A stretch of DNA of 64,000 nt, taken from NCBI RefSeq assembly GCF_001194135.2, contig NC_068989.1, positions 5,608,782 through 5,672,781 of the forward strand. Direction: 5' to 3'. Each line of letters starts with the position of its first letter. Position 1 is the first letter of the stretch. The notes beneath the pieces were generated by a model, which worked only from the letters and a program-made list of their open reading frames with translations, was not told where the DNA came from and ran no database searches. The translations under genes were made by a program, and so were the position numbers. The DNA comes from Octopus bimaculoides. Its lineage: Eukaryota. Shown piece after piece: positions 10,986-22,380 of this stretch.

Positions 10986-12506
10986 GCACAATAATTGTTA
11001 GAAAAATGATGAGAGGAAGTTGGTCGACTAAATTCCCACCATGCCATCCTGTACAGAGAGGACATGCTGGATAATGTAATCCAAGATACACAATGCCTAG
11101 GAAAAAGAATGTGTGATCATTACTGGAATGTCAGTGAGCCTAGATCTGTCAGCAGGTATCCGGACTCACCTGGGACCTAAGAAAAACAACAACAATTACA
11201 TCATACAGAAGAGCTGGGAAACCAACTTTTGTGCCACTCCCGCACACCACCGTTCAATCACAAACACTACTACCGCCACCCTGACAACATCATCACTAAT
11301 ATGACAACTACCACTACTTCTACTACTACCACCGCCACCACTACCCCACCAACACCAACACTACGGCCTCATCGTCCACCTCTTACTGCCACCCTCAGCA
11401 TTCAATCACAACTACTACCATCATTGTTACTACATCAACCACCCCAATACAACTGTCTCCACTGTTACTGCTACCACCACCACCACCACCACCACGACCA
11501 CGATGAAGTGTCGTTTCTTCAAAAGAAGAAGTGAACCTTGGCTCCAGGAGAGAAATCTTTACCTACGTCAACAGTTGTCATGGTAACCATCTCACACATC
11601 TTTCTCATATATGTATGTGGAGACAGAGAGAAGGTGACTGTGAGAATAAAAGGAGGAGAGATGTTTGCGTACGTATAAATGTATTACATATGTGTGTGTG
11701 TGTGTGTGTGTGTGCGTGTATGTATATATACATGCAAATTTANNNNNNNNNNNNNNNNNNNNNNNNNNNNNNNNNNNNNNNNNNNNNNNNNNNNNNNNNN
11801 NNNNNNNNNNNNNNNNNNNNNNNNNNNNNNNNNNNNNNNNNNATACATATATATACATATATATATATACATATATATACACATATATATACCTTGGGCA
11901 AATGTTTTCTTCTATAGCCTTGGGCTGACCAAAGCTTTGTGAGTGGATTTTGGAAACTGAAAGAAGCCCATCACATATATGTGTATAGATATGTCTGTGT
12001 TTGTCTCCCACCACTACAGGTTGATAACCGACGTTGTTGTGTTTATGACCCTGTAACTTAGCAATTTGGCAAAACAGACCGATAGAATAAGTAGCAGGCT
12101 TTAAAAAAAAATAAGTACATTCAACTAAAAGTTCATCCAGGTATGCCCCAGCATGGCTGCAGTCTAATGACTGAAACAAGCAAAAGACAGAAGATATAAT
12201 TTGATAGAAGCTGCAACCAAATGACCCCTACCATCTTAAATAAGGAAGGTTTATTCTTTCAGGTGTCGGTTCCACTTAAAAAGCACCTGTGCTGGTGCAG
12301 TGTAAATACACCTGTGCCAGGGGCACATAAAAAGCCCCCAGCACACGCTGGTAAGTGGCTGGCATTAGGAAACTATGCTACAACAGATAGCTGGAGTCTG
12401 GACAGCTCCCTGCTAGCCAGCTTCATGTCAAACCATCCAACCCATGCCAGCATGGAAAGCAGAAGTTAAATGATGATGATGATGGTATATATAAATGTAG
12501 AGTATG

Positions 12507-12920
12507 GTATACTCTTTTAGTCTTTTACTTGTTTCAGTCATTTGACTGTGGCCATGCTGGAGCACTGCCTTTAGTCGAACAAATCGACCCCAGGACTTAT
12601 TCTTTGTAAGCCTAGTACTTATTCTATCAGCCTCTTTTGCTGAACTGCTAATTTACTTGGCTGTAAACACACCAGCATCGGTTGTCAAGCAATGTTGGGG
12701 CTGGGGGTAAAACAGACACAGAAACACACACACACACACATATATTTACATATATACGACGGGCTTCTTTCAGTTTCCGTCTACCAAATCTACTCACAAG
12801 GCTTTGGTTGGCCCGAGGCTATAGTAGAAGACACTTGCCCAAGGTGCCATGCAGTGGGACTGAACCCGGAACCATGTGGTTGGTAAGCAAGCTACTTACC
12901 ACACAGCCACTCCTACGTCT
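12507..12920 (-). mobile_element. Full-length tRNA-derived SINE (family A, CORE-like) with a perfect 25-bp target-site duplication
   Basis: Head (minus strand) ggagtggctgtgtggtaag...gggttcagtcccactgc and body gtagacggaaactgaaagaagccc. atggtatatataaatgtagagtatg is repeated exactly at 12482-12506 and 12921-12945. Confidence 0.85.
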
Positions 12921-12953
12921 ATGGTATATATAAATGTAGAGTATGCATGATTG

Positions 12954-13359
12954 GAAAGCTCTGATTTCCAGTACTCAGCATTGCTCATTTCCAATCATCA
13001 GTGGTAAAGTAAGCCTGGTTTATTTTTGAATATCCACTGTTTGGATATTGTTTGAAATCTGAAATGAGAGTTTGAAGGAAATGTTTATCTTTACGTTCTT
13101 TTGTTTAGAAACCTTTGTGAATGACATATGCAAGAACCAGAAATGGAATCAAAAGCATGAGCTTAAAGTAGCTGTTTTCGCATGTATTGTTTCACAAAGG
13201 TTTTGAAACGAAAGAACACAAAGGAAAGTGCTTCCTTCAATCTTTCATTTCATGTTTCTAAAAACATTGATACAGTAAATATTCAAAAGAAAACGAGGCT
13301 CGATTTACCAGCTATGTTTGGAAAGGAGCAACTCTGAGTACTGGAAATCGAAGACTTTC
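12954..13359. mobile_element. Old ~400-bp fold-back/MITE-like imperfect palindrome
   Basis: gaaagctctgatttccagtactcagcattgctc... pairs with ...gagcaactctgagtactggaaatcgaagactttc. The inner arms also pair (agaaacctttgtgaa / ttcacaaaggttttg) around a ~45-nt spacer. Confidence 0.7.
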
Positions 13360-14323
13360 TGTTATAATGTATTACAAAATACTCTTACATTTGTATTGAG
13401 TGCAGGAATTTGTTACTTCTGGTGAAGTCACATTGCCTGACACCTTGGGCAAGTATCTTCTACTATAGCCTTGGGCTGACCAAAGCCTTGTGAGTGGATT
13501 TGGTAGACGTAAACTGAAAGAAGCCTATCACAGCTTCACAGCTATATATATGTGTGTGTGTGTATGCATGTATATTTTCCCATCATTGTGGGTGGTCGGA
13601 TCTACTTCAATGCCATAGCAACTGCCCTCACACCATCTCACCAGGTTTTGGGTGTGCTCCCTTCTCAAGCCAACCCTCCACTAAATAAGTAAATGAGTGG
13701 AAATTTTACCGGTGAGTGTGTTAAATTATAAAGCATTAAAAGAGAATGACTGTCACCAGACACAACAGTATATATATATATATATATACATATANNNNNN
13801 NNNNNNNNNNNNNNNNNNNNNNNNNNNNNNNNNNNNNNNNNNNNNNNNNNNNNNNNNNNNNNNNNNNNNNNNNNNNNNNNNNNNNNNNNNNNNNNNNNNN
13901 NNNNNNNNNNNNNNNNNNNNNNNNNNNNNNNNNNNNNNNNNNNNNNNNNNNNNNNNNNNNNNNNNNNNNNNNNNNNNNNNNNNNNNNNNNNNNNNNNNNN
14001 NNNNNNNNNNNNNNNNNNNNNNNNNNNNNNNNNNNNNNNNNNNNNNNNNNNNNNNNNNNNNNNNNNNNNNNNNNNNNNNNNNNNNNNNNNNNNNNNNNNN
14101 NNNNNNNNNNNNNNNNNNNNNNNNNNNNNNNNNNNNNNNNNNNNNNNNNNNNNNNNNACTTAGCAGTTCGACAAACAAGACTGATAGAATAAGAACAAGG
14201 TTAAAAAAATAAGTACTGGGATTGATATATTCAGCTAAAAAATCTCCAGGCTGGTGCTCCAGCATGGCTACAGTCTAATTTGACATCACTGAAATTTCAA
14301 AGTTATGAAATAATACATAATTA

Positions 14324-14832
14324 TTAGGTTGAGGAAAAAGTTTGTGAACTGTGTTAAAATAATGCTTCTTTTTCATATATTTTCATGGTGTTCATTCAGT
14401 TCCCATCATGTTCAATGGTGACTCACTGTGTTTATTGAAAACGCGCTTTGTTTCAACAAGACAATGCAAAGCCGCACACCGCCAGAAAGACCAGAAACAA
14501 GATTGAAGAATTGGGTAGTGCTGAAGTTCTGCCGCATCCAGCCTATAGTCCAGACGTTGCTCAATCTGATTACGGTTTCTTCCAGTCAATGCAGCACTTT
14601 ATGAAAGGTCACCGATTTGAGTCATTCGATGAAGTTGAAGAAGCCTTTCAAGATTCTTTCGATTCTAAGCCGAAGGATTGGTATTTTGACCAAATCTGAA
14701 AGCTTGCAGATCATTAGCAGAAGGTCATGGAAAATGACAGTCTTTATTTTGAAGAATAGTTGTTTTTGAATAAATTCTTGCATAAAAAAGTCATTGTTTA
14801 AACACGGCGCACAAACTTTTTCCTCAGCTTAG
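14324..14832 (+). mobile_element. Internally deleted mariner transposon retaining the transposase C-terminus
   Basis: TIRs ttaggttgaggaaaaagtttgtg / cacaaactttttcctcagcttag with TA on both sides. ORF 14448-14699 reads FQQDNAKPHTARKT...LPHPAYSPDVAQSDYGFF, the mariner HDNA.PH and YSPDLAP.D motifs; stops follow. Confidence 0.9.
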
Positions 14833-15007
14833 TAATTCAAGACAAATTGAATAAATAACCATTTGCATTTGACAAAATAATCTGAATTCTAAAGGGTTAA
14901 GACTGTGGCCCACAACGGTTGAGGTCTGATGAACGAAACAAGTGAAAGAGAAAGAAATGGTCCATGTGTTACCATGTGAAGCAGAAATACATAAAAGCAA
15001 AAAGTAC

Positions 15008-16144
15008 CTTTTAGGAAATCCAGCATTTCAGGTAGGACTGGTTTCTCTCGTTCCTCTTTCGCTTGTAAGGTAAGGATTTTCTCTGGGAAAATGAAATTGC
15101 AGTGTCCATGCGTGACAGCAGAGACTAGAGTGATCAAAGTGGTGATGTCCAAATTGACGATTCGGATGTGGTGGGATCTGATACCATTCATTCCTCTTGC
15201 GATGGTTGCCATTGATAAAGATGATGGTGCCAATGATGATGATGATGAAGAAGCATATGAAGAGGGATATGATGATGCTGATGAGGATGATGCAAATGTC
15301 AGTTGTTGTTGTTGTGGTAGTTTCTTGTTGGTGCCTGACTCTACGTTTCCAGGATCAGAAGCATCAGCAGTAAACATGATGGCGCTTGTGTCGATGTTCC
15401 TCTCACCATTGTTGTCGGCATCAACACAGATTGCAGAATTGGCTGACCTTTGCTGGGGATGCACTGGTTGCGCCTGTGTCTTGATACACTTCTGAATCAG
15501 CAACAACAAACTGAGATTCTGCCGAGAGTCTCCGTTGTCAGGAAGCCCCACCTCCTCCTCCTCTTCATCCTTACCTTTCTCCTCCTCCTCTTCATCCTTA
15601 CCTTTCTCCTCCTCTTCGAGAAGCTGCCGTAAGTGCAACATGGACTCGTCGATGATGGTTTGCACCGTTTTCTCAATGTGCAGCAAGTGCTTGTTGTCTG
15701 CACTAATTTCACTGCAGACGGATGCACAACTAGACATTTCTAGCTGCTGAATATTCTGGTTTGGATTTGAACTTGATGACACGTCATCACCATCATCATC
15801 ATCACTGAGAACAGTAGCAATGATATTATATTCACTAGAATCACAAGAAACACTATCTTCACCATCACCAAGCAAATCATAATCATCATCATCATTTCCA
15901 TCGCTTTCATCAAAGTACACTGGTACAGACATCAGCTTTTGCTTTGTTTCCGAACAAACTGGAACCACATCGCCATGGACACGGATGCCAAGTTGATGAA
16001 GCCAATCAGCCATTGGCTGAGTGACTGCGTTGAAGAACACAAAATGTACCCTGGGGACGACGTAGTGGATAGGATGTTGCTTTGCACATCTCAGGTAGTC
16101 TTTCACCTGACGAGTGATGCCACGCTCACTGAACTGACCCCGAC
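15008..16144 (-). CDS. C7orf25: C7orf25 homologue, 1137-nt exon (GRGQFSERGI...GDVVPV-[long acidic/Ser linker]-RIVNLDITTLITLVSAVTHGHCNFIFPEKILTLQAKEEREKPVLPEMLDFLK-G)
   Basis: Acceptor ttttttttccag|GT and donor AAAG|gtactt; phase 1-1, 379 codons with no stop. The NLDITTL motif and GRGQ/P.H.FxFxN/GDxVxV motifs are as in C7orf25 (DUF1308). Confidence 0.95.
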
Positions 16145-16298
16145 CTGGAAAAAAAGAAAAACAAACAAGAAGCAAAAAAAAATATGGTAAACAACAATGT
16201 AAACAAATATCAACGAGAATACAGTTCTATATTTAAGAGACGAGGAATTATGTACATCATTTACATTTGATGGATATTTGTCCTCATCTTGTTTGTTG

Positions 16299-16343
16299 TT
16301 AATACGTTTTGGCTGATATACCCTCCAGCCTTCATCAGGTGTC
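16299..16343 (-). ncRNA. Degenerate (probably dead) hammerhead ribozyme
   Basis: GACAC-CUGAUGA-A-GGCUG...CAGCC-AAAA-CGU-A-UUAAC. G12 is changed to A and the 3' strand of stem I is lost. Confidence 0.6.
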
Positions 16344-16625
16344 TTGGGGAAATTTGGAACCTGGGTTCTCATTCCTAAGGTATTTTTCAATGTGATTATC
16401 ATTATAATTCAGATCACTGCCTGGAATCGAACTCAGAATCTTGGGGTTAGTAGCCTGTGCTCTTAATCACTCTTGAACATTTTAATAATAATAATATCGT
16501 AGTTAAGAGCGCAGGCTACTAACCCCAAAATTCCGAGTTCGATTCCAGGCAATGACCTGAATAATAATAATAATAGCATTGTAAAATACCTTAGGAATGA
16601 GAACCCAGGTTTGAAATTTCCCCAA

Positions 16626-16671
16626 GACACCTGATGAAGGCTGGAGGGTATATCAGCCGAAACGTTGTGTT
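16626..16671 (+). ncRNA. Minimal type I hammerhead ribozyme (Penelope-type), intact core
   Basis: GACAC-CUGAUGA-A-GGCUG(gaggguauau)CAGCC-GAAA-CGU-U-GUGUU. Stem I GACAC/GUGUU, stem II GGCUG/CAGCC, loopless palindromic stem III ACGU. Predicted cleavage after GUU at 16666/16667. Confidence 0.8.
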
Positions 16672-16879
16672 AACAACAAACAAGATGAGGACAAATATCC
16701 GTCAAATGTAAATAATGTATCAATGAGAATGTTTGCTTTTTAGGAATATAGATTTACTAGGAGGAGGAAAGGATTCCCAGTCCCCTCGCTCCTTCCCCTT
16801 TTAGTTGCCTTTTATGCCACGCAGGGAATACGGTGACTGCATTCTACCAATCCATCCCACCCCCAGTCACAGGGGGTTT

Positions 16880-17015
16880 GCTAGTTAACCCATAGCTGGG
16901 TTACCACTCTGGGCCAGAGTAGGCCTGGGGACAATAATGGTTAAGAGGTGGTTCCACACTCCTGAAACCAGGGCCCCAGGGTCCCACTACCGGATGCAGT
17001 TCATAGTCATATGTT
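16880..17015 (+). repeat. Unclassified interspersed repeat
   Basis: gctagttaaccc...ccactctgggccagagtaggcctggg...cactaccggatgcagtt. Related copies at ~4005-4160 (+) and ~340-480 (-). Confidence 0.5.
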
Positions 17016-17108
17016 TGAGCTGGGAAATGAATGGAATACCTGGTGCGTCTTGTGGCTACCCACTCCAAAAAATGGGGAATAGGCCTGGGTATATACATAC
17101 ACACATAC

Positions 17109-17162
<54 letters not shown>

Positions 17163-17253
17163 CAATGAGAACAATAAGGATGATAATGATGGAAATAGCA
17201 GTGATGATAATTACTGGTATTATTACATTGGTTCCAATGATGAGTGTTCCAAA

Positions 17254-17470
17254 GGCTGCGAGCTGGCAGAAACGTTAGCACACTGGGCGAAATGCTTAGC
17301 AGTATTTCGTCTGTCTTTACGTTCTGAGTTCAAATCTTGCCGAGGTTGACTTTGCCTTTCATCCATTTGAGGTCGATAAATTAAGTACCAGTTGTGTACT
17401 GGGGTCGATCTAATCAACTGGCCCTCTGCCCCAAAGATTTCGAGCCTTTTGCCTAGAGTAGTAAAGAATG
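17254..17470 (+). mobile_element. tRNA-derived SINE family B (Meta-domain-like)
   Basis: gagctggcagaaacgttagc head, gttctgagttcaaat B box, central gactttgcctttcatcc...gataaattaagtaccagtt. Other copies lie near 6600, 19310, 24690, 26183, 33890, 34935, 50160, 57765, 60545 and 62180. Confidence 0.8.
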
Positions 17471-18939
17471 ATGAGTGTCCCTGTAAATCCAATCAATGGA
17501 ACTGCCTGCTCCTGAACTTAACGAGCAGGTGTGTATGTTGGGTGGCAGGTGAGTTTTGGGGCGTACTTGTTTTTTGTCATTAAAATATATTTTCTTGTAG
17601 TTTCTTAGTAATAAGACATTTTGTCAATAATCTGCTTTATTAATGTTTACTGCCTACTCTGAGCATTTACCTATGGCTTATGCTATCATCATCATCATCA
17701 TCGTTTAATGTCCGTTTTCCATGCTGGCATGGGTTGGACGGTTTGACTGGGGACTGGCAAGCCGGGAGGCTGCACCAGGCTCCAATCTGATCTGGCAATG
17801 TTTCTACAGCTGGATGCCCTTCCTAATGCCAACCACCCCAAGAGTTTAGTGGGTGCTTTTTATGTGCCACCAGCACGTGAGCCAGTCAGACGGCATCAGC
17901 CACGACTACAATTTCCATATATGGATAGATAGCTAGATAGATATATTGTTATATTTTGGGATGGTCTTTTTTTTCTTTCTTGCCAAATACACTATATGTT
18001 TGTTCTTTACTTGTTTATTATTGTTCTTATTTTATCTTATATCCATTGTCTGAAAATCTTCCATCACACACCTGTGACTTCTTCAGCAACTCTTCCATCC
18101 TTGGAGTAGCTGGTATTAGGAAGGGGATCCAGCTGTAGAAACTATGCCAAACCAGACTGAAATTTGGTGCAGCTCCCCATCTTAACAGTTTTCAATCAAA
18201 CCATCCAATCCACGCCAGCATGGAAAATGGATGTCAAATGATGATGATGATGATGGGCATCTTTCAGTTTCCTCCCACCAAATCAACTCACAAGGCATTT
18301 GTCAACCTGGAACTATAGCAGAAAAAAATTTACCCAAGCTACTGCACAGTAGCTGCAAAGCAAACTTAACTGCGCAGCCATGCCTGCACCTTTAGTACAG
18401 CATGGTAATTTGACTGATATTTCTAGCAGGTTGACAGACCACCTAGAGGTTCCCTGATTATTTCAGCTCTCTCATTGGCTCAACTTGCTGTTTTATAACA
18501 GTGATAAACTGTGCTATAAAAAAATTGATTTCCAGATTAAGATATTGATTTTTTTGTTAGATTAGGGTATTGATTTGTTGCAAAACTGTAGCTATATAAA
18601 ATTATCAATGGATCTCATCAAACTTTAAACAAAGGAGTCTACAGATTTATTTGTTTCTATTATTATTATTATTATTATTATCATTGCTGTCATCATCATC
18701 ATTGTCGTTATTATTTAAATCTTTCAAACCAATGAAATGTTGCCAACTGGAAGTGAAAGAAGAGAAGGGCTGTTGTTGTTGTTGTTGTTGTTGATAGAAA
18801 TGAAGGTGATGGTGATGGCCGTATCAACAGCAGCAGCAGAAAATCTAATGGAGAAAGTGTCCACAATAATATAAGCTTGTCAACAAAGTAGTAGAAAATA
18901 AAGGAATCACCATTCTTTAGAACTTTAGTATTCTAGCCA

Positions 18940-19190
18940 ATCGTGCTATACAAGTCAACAGACCAGATATTGTGGTGAAAAAAAAAAACATTGGAAAAAA
19001 ACAAAAAACATGTTTGCTCATAGATATATCAATCCCAGCAGACTACAATAGCTTTTTGAAGAATATTTGAATAGCTTCAAGAACCTTGAAATAGAATCCA
19101 CAAAAATGTGGCATCTAAGAACGACAACTGTTCTTGTGATTGTCACAATTTTTGGTTACCCATTTCAAATGACAATAAAAGGTAAGCAGA
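18940..19190 (+). mobile_element. R4/NeSL-like LINE RLE endonuclease fragment
   Basis: IQVNRPDIVVKK...CLLIDISIPADYN...EIESTKMWHLRTTTVLVIV matches the RPD-D-(D/E)xK RLE pattern. Confidence 0.7.
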
Positions 19191-20730
19191 ATGAAAGATA
19201 AATCCACTTCAAGCAACGCCAAAGTTTTAACTGTGTTATGTTTCAGGTGTGTTCAATGTGGCATTAAAAGATTTAGCTTTAAAACGCTCAGAACTTTCCG
19301 GACCAGACAACCTAATACTACAAGCACAAGCCTTAATTTTTGGAGGGAGAGGGGTCTTGTCAATCATATTGGCCCCAGTGCTTGGCTGGTGCTTGGTTTA
19401 TTGACCCTCAAAGTATGTAAAGCGAAGTTGACCTCAGCAAAATTTGAATTCAAACAAACTAGTCATGGGTTCCTTGCATAAACTGAGATTTGTATTGTGT
19501 TCCAGAACTTTAGCTGCTGGGAAGCTTGGTGTTGATAGCAGTTTCAGAACAAAAGGCTTTTATGGGTCTGCACAAGGCCTCAACATCAATATGGTGCCGG
19601 CAAGAAAACTCATAAGGACCAAGCTGTCTAAGGAGTGGGGGGTTGATTTCACCCAGGGTGTCTGTGTTGAGCAGTGAAGGGATTGGAGCTGTGAATAAGT
19701 TGTTGGCTGGTAACCTCTTCAATGCAACTGGACTCCATTCTTGATTTATCAAGACTGCTCCAGCATGATCGCAGTGCAATGACTGAAGCAAGTAAAAGAA
19801 TAAAGGACATGAGGAAAAGAGAGGATGGATGGTCATGGCTGAAATGCTTTTGGTCATTATCAGACTGCCCAACCAGGACTGACCCGTGGCTAAACAACAG
19901 CATGAACTGCAACAACTACAGCCAAATAACTACTACAACCACAATGACTACTACTACTACTACTACTACAGGGATTATAGTCACACAACAACAACAACAA
20001 CAGCAGCAGTTAAAGAAAGCTGCAGTAACAACAACAACAGGATGCGATGCAGCAGCAGAAACATCTGCATCAATAACAATCCCTAAATCTCCCTGATAAC
20101 TTTAAAAGTTACCATGGTAATACTTAAGGAGTAGTGGTGGTGGTGGTGATGATGGCGGTGGTGGAGGTGATGGTGGTAATTTTAGTGATGGTGGTGGTGG
20201 TGGCGATGGTGGCTGTATTGGTCATAATATATACATGGAATTAATAGTGGAGAAAGTGCAGTTAATACTAACGGTTAAGAGGTGGTGGTGGTGGTGGTGG
20301 TGGGAGGGGGGTTGCTAGTAGTGGTAAGGTAGGATAAAAGTGGACAAAATGGCAACAGCTGTCTTTACTCAAATATCACTTCTTTCTTTCTCTCCCTCTC
20401 TCCCTCTATTTGTGTATCTGTCTATTTACCTTCCTCCTCACCACCTTCCCTCTTTCTTCCCTTCTGTGGGTCTCTCTTTCTTTTTCTATATATATATATG
20501 TATGTGTTTGTGTGTGTATAGTTCAAATTTACAGAAAATAAAAGATGAAGACAAGTGAGGGAACAACAAGCAGGTGTGTTAGTTTGATGCTCGGGAAGAA
20601 CGGAAAAGTCTTTGACATTTCGAGCCTATGCTCTTCTTCGACAAAAAAAGTTGAGAGCAAAAAAACTGGAGAGAAAACAAAAGAAAAAAACAGAGAGAGA
20701 ACAAATGTGTAGGGATTAACGGTTCAAGAT

Positions 20731-21109
20731 GAGGCGCAGGAGTGACTGTGTGGTAAGTAACTTGCTAACCAACCACATGGTTCTGGATCCAGTCCCACTG
20801 CATGGCACCTTGGGCAAGTGTATTCTACTATAGCCTTGGGCCAACCAAAGCCTTGTGAATGGATTAGGTAGACGGAACCAGAAAGAAGCCCATCACATAT
20901 GTGTGTGTTTGTATGTATATATTTGTGTGTGTGACCCCACTAACATCGCTTGACAACTGATGCTGGTATGTTTATGTCCCCGTAAATTAGCAGTTTGGCA
21001 AAAGACTGATAGATTAGGCTTACAAAGAATAAGTCCTGGGGTCGATTTGCTTGACTAAAGGTGGTGCTCCAGCATAGCCGCAGTCTAAATGACTGAAACA
21101 AATAAAAGA
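20731..21109 (+). mobile_element. Full-length tRNA-derived SINE family A
   Basis: gaggcgcaggagtgactgtgtggtaag head, CORE-like accttgggcaagtg, tail actgaaacaaataaaaga. Other family A copies or fragments lie near 1829, 8347, 11890, 13440, 14157, 21110-21380, 22400, 22855, 24405, 26815, 30318-30595, 38355, 44970, 47395, 50420, 51053 and 52323. Confidence 0.8.
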
Positions 21110-21879
21110 TCCACTCACAAGGCTTTGGTTGGCCCAAAGCTATAGTAGAAGACACTTGCCCAACGTGCTGCACAGTGGAACTGAACCCGGAACAATGTGG
21201 TCAGGAAGCAAGTTTCTTACCACACAGCTACTCCTGCACACACACATATCCACTCAAAAGGCTTTGGTCAGCCTGAGGCTATAGTAGAAGACACTTGCCC
21301 AAGGTGTCATGCAGTAAGACTGAACCTGGAACCATGTGGTTAGGAAGCAAGCTTCTTAACCACACAGCTGAGCCTATGCCTCATCAACTAAATCAACCAT
21401 GATACTTAAGTGGGACTTTATTTTATTGACCCAAGAAGAATGGAAACTAATGATGACCTTGGTAGGATTTGAACTCAGAACATAAAAGGACATAACAAAA
21501 TACTGCAAAGCAATGTTTGTGCAACATGCTGCACCACCTGCCATGCAGGGATCAACAACAACAACAAAGGAAACAGTGAACATTGTCATTAAATACTTGT
21601 TCCTCATGGAAGCTTAGATCCCACCACCGAACCCTGCATCTCCCAAGCTCCATCAGCGACACCTGCGCCTCTGCAACCTCACCGCCAACACCAGCACACA
21701 TGCACTTCTGCAGCCACATCACCAACATATGCATCTCTGCAACTGCACCACCACCACCACCACCACAACACTGCTCCTCTTCTTTTCCACTTCAACATAA
21801 TCCGGATCAGATTGGATTATTGGAAAGAAGTAAAAAAAAAGATGAAGGATCATGACATAGATTTTGTTTCCAATGGGTA

Positions 21880-22380
21880 GGGTTAGGGTTAGTGGGTGAG
21901 TACAAGAGTGATTTAGAGGGGGGAGAGGGAGAGAGGAAATAATGGTGGAATACAGAAACAAAGTGAGAGTGAAAGTGAAAGTGAGTAAGGAAATGAAAGA
22001 GTGACAGTGACTGAGAAATAGAGAAAGTGTGAGTAAGAGGTAAGAAGGAAAACTAGAAAGAGAAAAGGTGGGTTTAGTAAGAGTGAGAAGGGAGTGGGAA
22101 AGTAAAAGGGGGAAAGAAACAGGAAGGGCAGAGAGAGAGAGAGAGGGAGAAAGAGGCAGTGAAATAGGGAGAGAAAGAGAGGGAATGGTGTGTATGTTTA
22201 CATGTAAGAAAGTGACTGAGCAAACGGAAGATAGAGAGACTGAGAGAGAGAACAGAAAAGTATGAATGAAAGAAAGCTTAAGAGCATAGAGAGACAGAGA
22301 GACAGAGAGTGTGTGTGAGGAGGAGGAAAATGAGAGGGGTGGGAAGAGAAAGAGAGGATGAACGAGAATGAGTTTAGGTG
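21880..22380 (+). repeat. GA-rich low-complexity tract
   Basis: Direct inspection; source of the 248-aa L/S/F-rich minus-strand ORF. Confidence 0.85.

Larger units (their letters stand above)
16218..16719. mobile_element. Palindromic tRNA-headed, hammerhead-bearing element, copy 2
   Basis: Same family as 8744-9272 with the same left boundary (aatacagtt.tatattta). Arms ~16253-16470 and ~16500-16719; heads are truncated at the centre; unpaired 35-nt extension at 16218-16252. Confidence 0.85.

Noticed and set aside
14889-16175. The 428-aa ORF as a stand-alone gene
   Set aside because: Its ends are intronic. The real exon is 15008-16144, bounded by splice sites and phase-compatible with its neighbours.
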